DNA of 64,000 nucleotides, from positions 88,412,001-88,476,000 of the forward strand of contig NC_043005.1 in NCBI RefSeq assembly GCF_006345805.1. Reading direction: 5' to 3'. Below, piece by piece: positions 63,064 to 64,000 of this stretch (position 1 is the first letter of the stretch; the number at the start of each line of letters is the position of its first letter). The position numbers and the translations under genes are program-made. The stretch comes from Octopus sinensis (taxonomy: Eukaryota). The notes beneath the pieces were generated by a model, which was not told where the DNA came from, searched no databases, and saw only the letters and a program-made list of their open reading frames with translations.

Positions 63064-64000
63064 ATATACATACCTACACACACACACACGTGTGTTAGAG
63101 ATATATTTATAATTGTCTGCAGACATACGATTACAGATCAAATTACACAAGACAAATGTATCAACTACCACACACACACACACACACACACACATACGAT
63201 ATCCGTATGTGTCTTGTAAGTAGTAAACTGTAGATCTTTAGTCAAAATGGTTAGAAAGGATGGTTTTTAGTGTTGTTGTACAACACGAAGACAACATGAT
63301 AATTACTATTGATGATGTGGAAAAAAGAGGAAAAACATTTTACATAGCGGCGGCGCGGCGGAGGTGATGTTGAGGAGGTGGGGGAGGGGGGCAGGAGCAG
63401 GCAGAAAGTAAGTATTGAAAAGAAAGAGGAATGTGCGATGGGGGGGGGGGGAGAAAAGATACAGCTACTTATGTCTGTGTGTCCCCAGTCTGGCCTAGAC
63501 AGGTTTTTCTGGATTGATACAAGACTGACGGATATATGTGTGTGTGTGCGTGTAGTCGGAAAAGCAGTGGTAACCAACTTTTGACATCAAACGGACCGAC
63601 AGCCGCTGCTGCTGCTGCCATGGTGATGATGCCAGAGAGACTGGGGGTACACTGCACATATGATGAAGTATAAACAGAAACCAAGAGAATGTTATCGGGC
63701 GAAAAGTAGACTCTTGTCTTTGACATTGTTTAAACGAAGCAAGTGTTTACTAATAAACTGGATATATAAAGACGGACATTACTCCATATATATATATATA
63801 CAAAATGGGACAAGAACGCAAAACATCCAGAAGACGATACAAAAAACACGGACGGGTCATTCGAAGCCTTCAATCTTCAGTCAAGAACCGGATCATCCTC
63901 GCAATTTCGGCTGATTAATCTTGAGATTGCTCCAATCTGGCCAGCCCCAAGGAAAAACTAAGCTAAGAGCATTAGATCCCTTGGAAAAAAGCTTCGAATG

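Noticed and set aside
63845-63935. CTGAAGA...TTCGAAT hammerhead-like motif (minus) in a TA-flanked element at the window edge
   Set aside because: Helix II is too short, GAAA is altered and helix I cannot be closed; the element is cut by the window end.

Overview
AT-rich, repeat-dense eukaryotic DNA. The repeat families suggest an octopus/coleoid cephalopod (inference, not searched). Two intron-containing genes face each other tail-to-tail: the last three coding exons of PAN2 (+, 185-5674) and 15 coding segments of DCAF6/NRIP (-, 48248 down to 12926; first coding exon not found). All listed DCAF6 junctions are GT-AG and phase-compatible, but its 1.86-kb central exon has a 1-nt frameshift at a G4 run (27494-27497). 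The rest is mostly mobile DNA: about 30 RTE-type LINE 3' ends, three tRNA-derived SINE families, Penelope-like pieces, piggyBac/hAT/Tigger-type MITEs, Helitron/Helentron elements, a Merlin fragment and a fold-back mariner. Best leads: (1) hammerhead ribozyme folds in short TA-flanked Penelope-like elements, including a near-complete one at 6724-6793 (-) and a family with a CUGU variant core; (2) an inverted pair of ~1-kb RTE copies bracketing three DCAF6 exons; (3) long intronic palindromes; (4) the DCAF6 frameshift. Family calls are from motif recognition; no searches were run.
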